Notes under the pieces: generated by a model
Told to the model about the DNA's origin: nothing
What the model saw: only the letters and a program-made list of their open reading frames with translations
Databases searched by the model: none
Shown here: in pieces, positions 62,165-64,000 of the stretch
How the letters are laid out: each line of letters opens with the position of its first letter
How positions within the stretch are numbered: the stretch's first letter is position 1
Origin: an uncultured Colwellia sp.
GTDB taxonomy: Bacteria; Pseudomonadota; Gammaproteobacteria; Enterobacterales; Alteromonadaceae
DNA: 64,000 nt
Direction of reading: 5' to 3'
NCBI GenBank assembly: GCA_913058395.1
Contig: CAJXQI010000002.1
Coordinates: 1-64,000, forward strand
Program-made: the position numbers and the translations under genes

Positions 62165-64000
62165 TTAAAAATTATAATCGAGTGTCACACCAACTTGTCT
62201 TGGCGCACCATAGCGTAAATATTTTTTGGCAACCCAACCTTGATCAGGTTCATTACCAAAGAAAAAGCCACGTGTTGCAACTTTTTCATCTGTTATATTT
62301 CTTGCCCACAATGATATCGACCAATCATTAATCTCATAGCCAACTTTTGCATTAAGTAAATTTGAACTCGCCGATTTTTCAGCATGACTATCAGAGAAAT
62401 AAAACTCATCTTTGCCTGACCAGTTTATATTAGCAATAAATCCTGCGTCATTGCGATAAGTTGTCCCTAAACTAAAGGTATAATTAGGGGCATGCGCAAG
62501 CTCTCGGCCAGAAATATCAATGCTAGTGCCGTACTTATCCATATACGCATAATCATCGTAAGTCGCTTTCAAATAACCGATGGTAGAATCTATCGATAAG
62601 TTATTAGTGACCTGATAATTTAGCTCTAACTCTAATCCGTAGCTATTTGAGCTCGTTGCATTGGCTGTATATATTGTAAACTGCTGAGGTTTATCAGGAT
62701 TTTGCTGTGAGGCATTAACTTGTTGGTCTTTTCTATCCATATAAAATACAGCTAAACGACTAGTTAATGCGCTGTCTAACATAGTAGATTTAAGCCCTAA
62801 TTCATAATTCATTAACGTCTCGGTATCAAACTCTTTAAACTCGCTCAGTTGTTCTGGTAAACCCATGTTAAAACCGCCGGCTTTATAACCCCGAGCTATT
62901 CTAATGTAAGCAGCGTGTTGACTGTTAATCGCTTTACTTAATGCAATATGACCGCCCCACATAGTTTCAGAAGGATCGAACTCATCTCCAGCACTGTCTG
63001 AATATTCAGTTGTGCGTTTTTCGACTCTAAGTCCTACCGAAAGTTGATGACCATAGTCTAAGATACTATCCAGCTGTGTGAATATAGCGTAGTTATTGGC
63101 TGAATATGTCGAGTCTAGAATTTCATCTGGCCAACCATTATACGATGAATCTAAATCATTGCTTTCTTCTAACTTACTAATATAAGCACCAAGCAACCAC
63201 GCGGTTGTATTGGAGAAAATACGTGATGAATCATTAGAAGTTAATCTAAATTCTTGTGACCAAACATCACGATCAGCCTTTTTATCCCACAAATAACTAT
63301 ATTCACATGGAACAGCACCGTCATCATCTTCACAAGACTTGCTTGCCCAGTAATCAGCATTTGCCCAATCACCATCATATGCATGTTGATGTTTAGTGGT
63401 GGTATAGCTACTAATTGCCGTTAGCTGTGCAAAAGATAATCCGTCATAAGTAAATTTTAGTGCTGAGCCGTGAGATTTTTGTTTATCAACACCAGGATCA
63501 TCGGTAATGGTATTAAAACCATTGTTATCAAGTGTCCACGCATCAAAACCATTATCGTTATCCGTAAATAAATAGGTAAAATCTACCGTTAGATCATCAG
63601 TGGCGATATAGCGTAATTTAAATTTACCTGAAAACTCATCGATAGCGTTGGTGTCATCTCTATCTAAATAAGTGTTATCTCTATAACCATTTTGTTGGTG
63701 TTGCTCTAGTGAAATGCGGTAACTAAGTTTGTCGTTAATTGCCCCTGAGCTGTAACCTGCAATATCAATTAAGTCATCATTGCCTAAGCTTGCTTTGAAT
63801 CCATACTCTGGTGTTTGACTTGGATCATTTGATTTAATATAAACCAAGCCCGCTAAAGCATTTGCACCAAAGCGAGCGCCTTGTGGACCTCTCAACACTT
63901 CAACTTGTTGTACATCGTACATCGAAGCAGCCATACCTAAACCAGAAAGATCAATATCATCAACAATAAAGCCTACTGATGAGTTCGGTGCGCCTCGATA
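62165..64000 (-). CDS. TonB-dependent outer-membrane receptor (N-terminus lies beyond the window end)
   Basis: C-terminal beta-barrel ending in aromatic YNF; plug-domain motifs near the window edge; the true start is beyond 64000. Confidence 0.85.
   Translation of the reverse strand, partial: YRGAPNSSVGFIVDDIDLSGLGMAASMYDVQQVEVLRGPQGARFGANALAGLVYIKSNDPSQTPEYGFKASLGNDDLIDIAGYSSGAINDKLSYRISLEQHQQNGYRDNTYLDRDDTNAIDEFSGKFKLRYIATDDLTVDFTYLFTDNDNGFDAWTLDNNGFNTITDDPGVDKQKSHGSALKFTYDGLSFAQLTAISSYTTTKHQHAYDGDWANADYWASKSCEDDDGAVPCEYSYLWDKKADRDVWSQEFRLTSNDSSRIFSNTTAWLLGAYISKLEESNDLDSSYNGWPDEILDSTYSANNYAIFTQLDSILDYGHQLSVGLRVEKRTTEYSDSAGDEFDPSETMWGGHIALSKAINSQHAAYIRIARGYKAGGFNMGLPEQLSEFKEFDTETLMNYELGLKSTMLDSALTSRLAVFYMDRKDQQVNASQQNPDKPQQFTIYTANATSSNSYGLELELNYQVTNNLSIDSTIGYLKATYDDYAYMDKYGTSIDISGRELAHAPNYTFSLGTTYRNDAGFIANINWSGKDEFYFSDSHAEKSASSNLLNAKVGYEINDWSISLWARNITDEKVATRGFFFGNEPDQGWVAKKYLRYGAPRQVGVTLDYNF

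Overview
AT-rich window, most likely from a marine gammaproteobacterium. The right third (about 35.4-64 kb) looks like ordinary core genome. It carries tag, a BI-1/YccA-like protein, tusDCBE, two GAPDH genes, gnd, the Entner-Doudoroff/pentose-phosphate block zwf-pgl-edd-glk-eda with divergent hexR-pykA, pfkA, a LysR regulator, a LytS/LytTR two-component pair and a thiamin salvage cluster (TonB receptor, YkoF-like, PnuC-like, kinase-like). The left 35 kb is accessory DNA that ends at a tRNA-Ser(UGA) gene, with a large serine integrase abutting the tRNA and decayed integrase fragments elsewhere in the island. Two blocks stand out in the accessory DNA. (1) A conflict/defence island at 0.5-9.3 kb: a DarTG-type toxin-antitoxin in which the DarT (DUF4433) ADP-ribosyltransferase is fused to a C-terminal HD phosphohydrolase domain; a NERD/topoisomerase-zinc-finger protein; two stand-alone HEPN-motif proteins; and an uncharacterised two-gene operon (zinc-ribbon protein plus multi-TM protein) bracketed by terminators. 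(2) An unusually dense RNA-repair supercluster at 17.9-32 kb. It has three RtcB ligase paralogues (canonical rtcB-rtcA; RtcB2-PrfH; RtcB3 translationally coupled to an RbfA-like protein), RtcA cyclase, CCA-adding enzyme, a Pol-beta-type nucleotidyltransferase, a SpoU 2'-O-methyltransferase and an SPFH/Band-7 protein. RtcR is divergent, a sigma-54-type promoter is predicted, and in the rtcR-operon intergenic region sits a head-to-tail array of three 71-nt tRNA-like elements that lack CCA and have abnormal anticodon arms. I regard the tRNA-like array plus multi-RtcB/RbfA-like/PrfH cluster as the most novel candidate system, and the DarT-HD fusion as the second.
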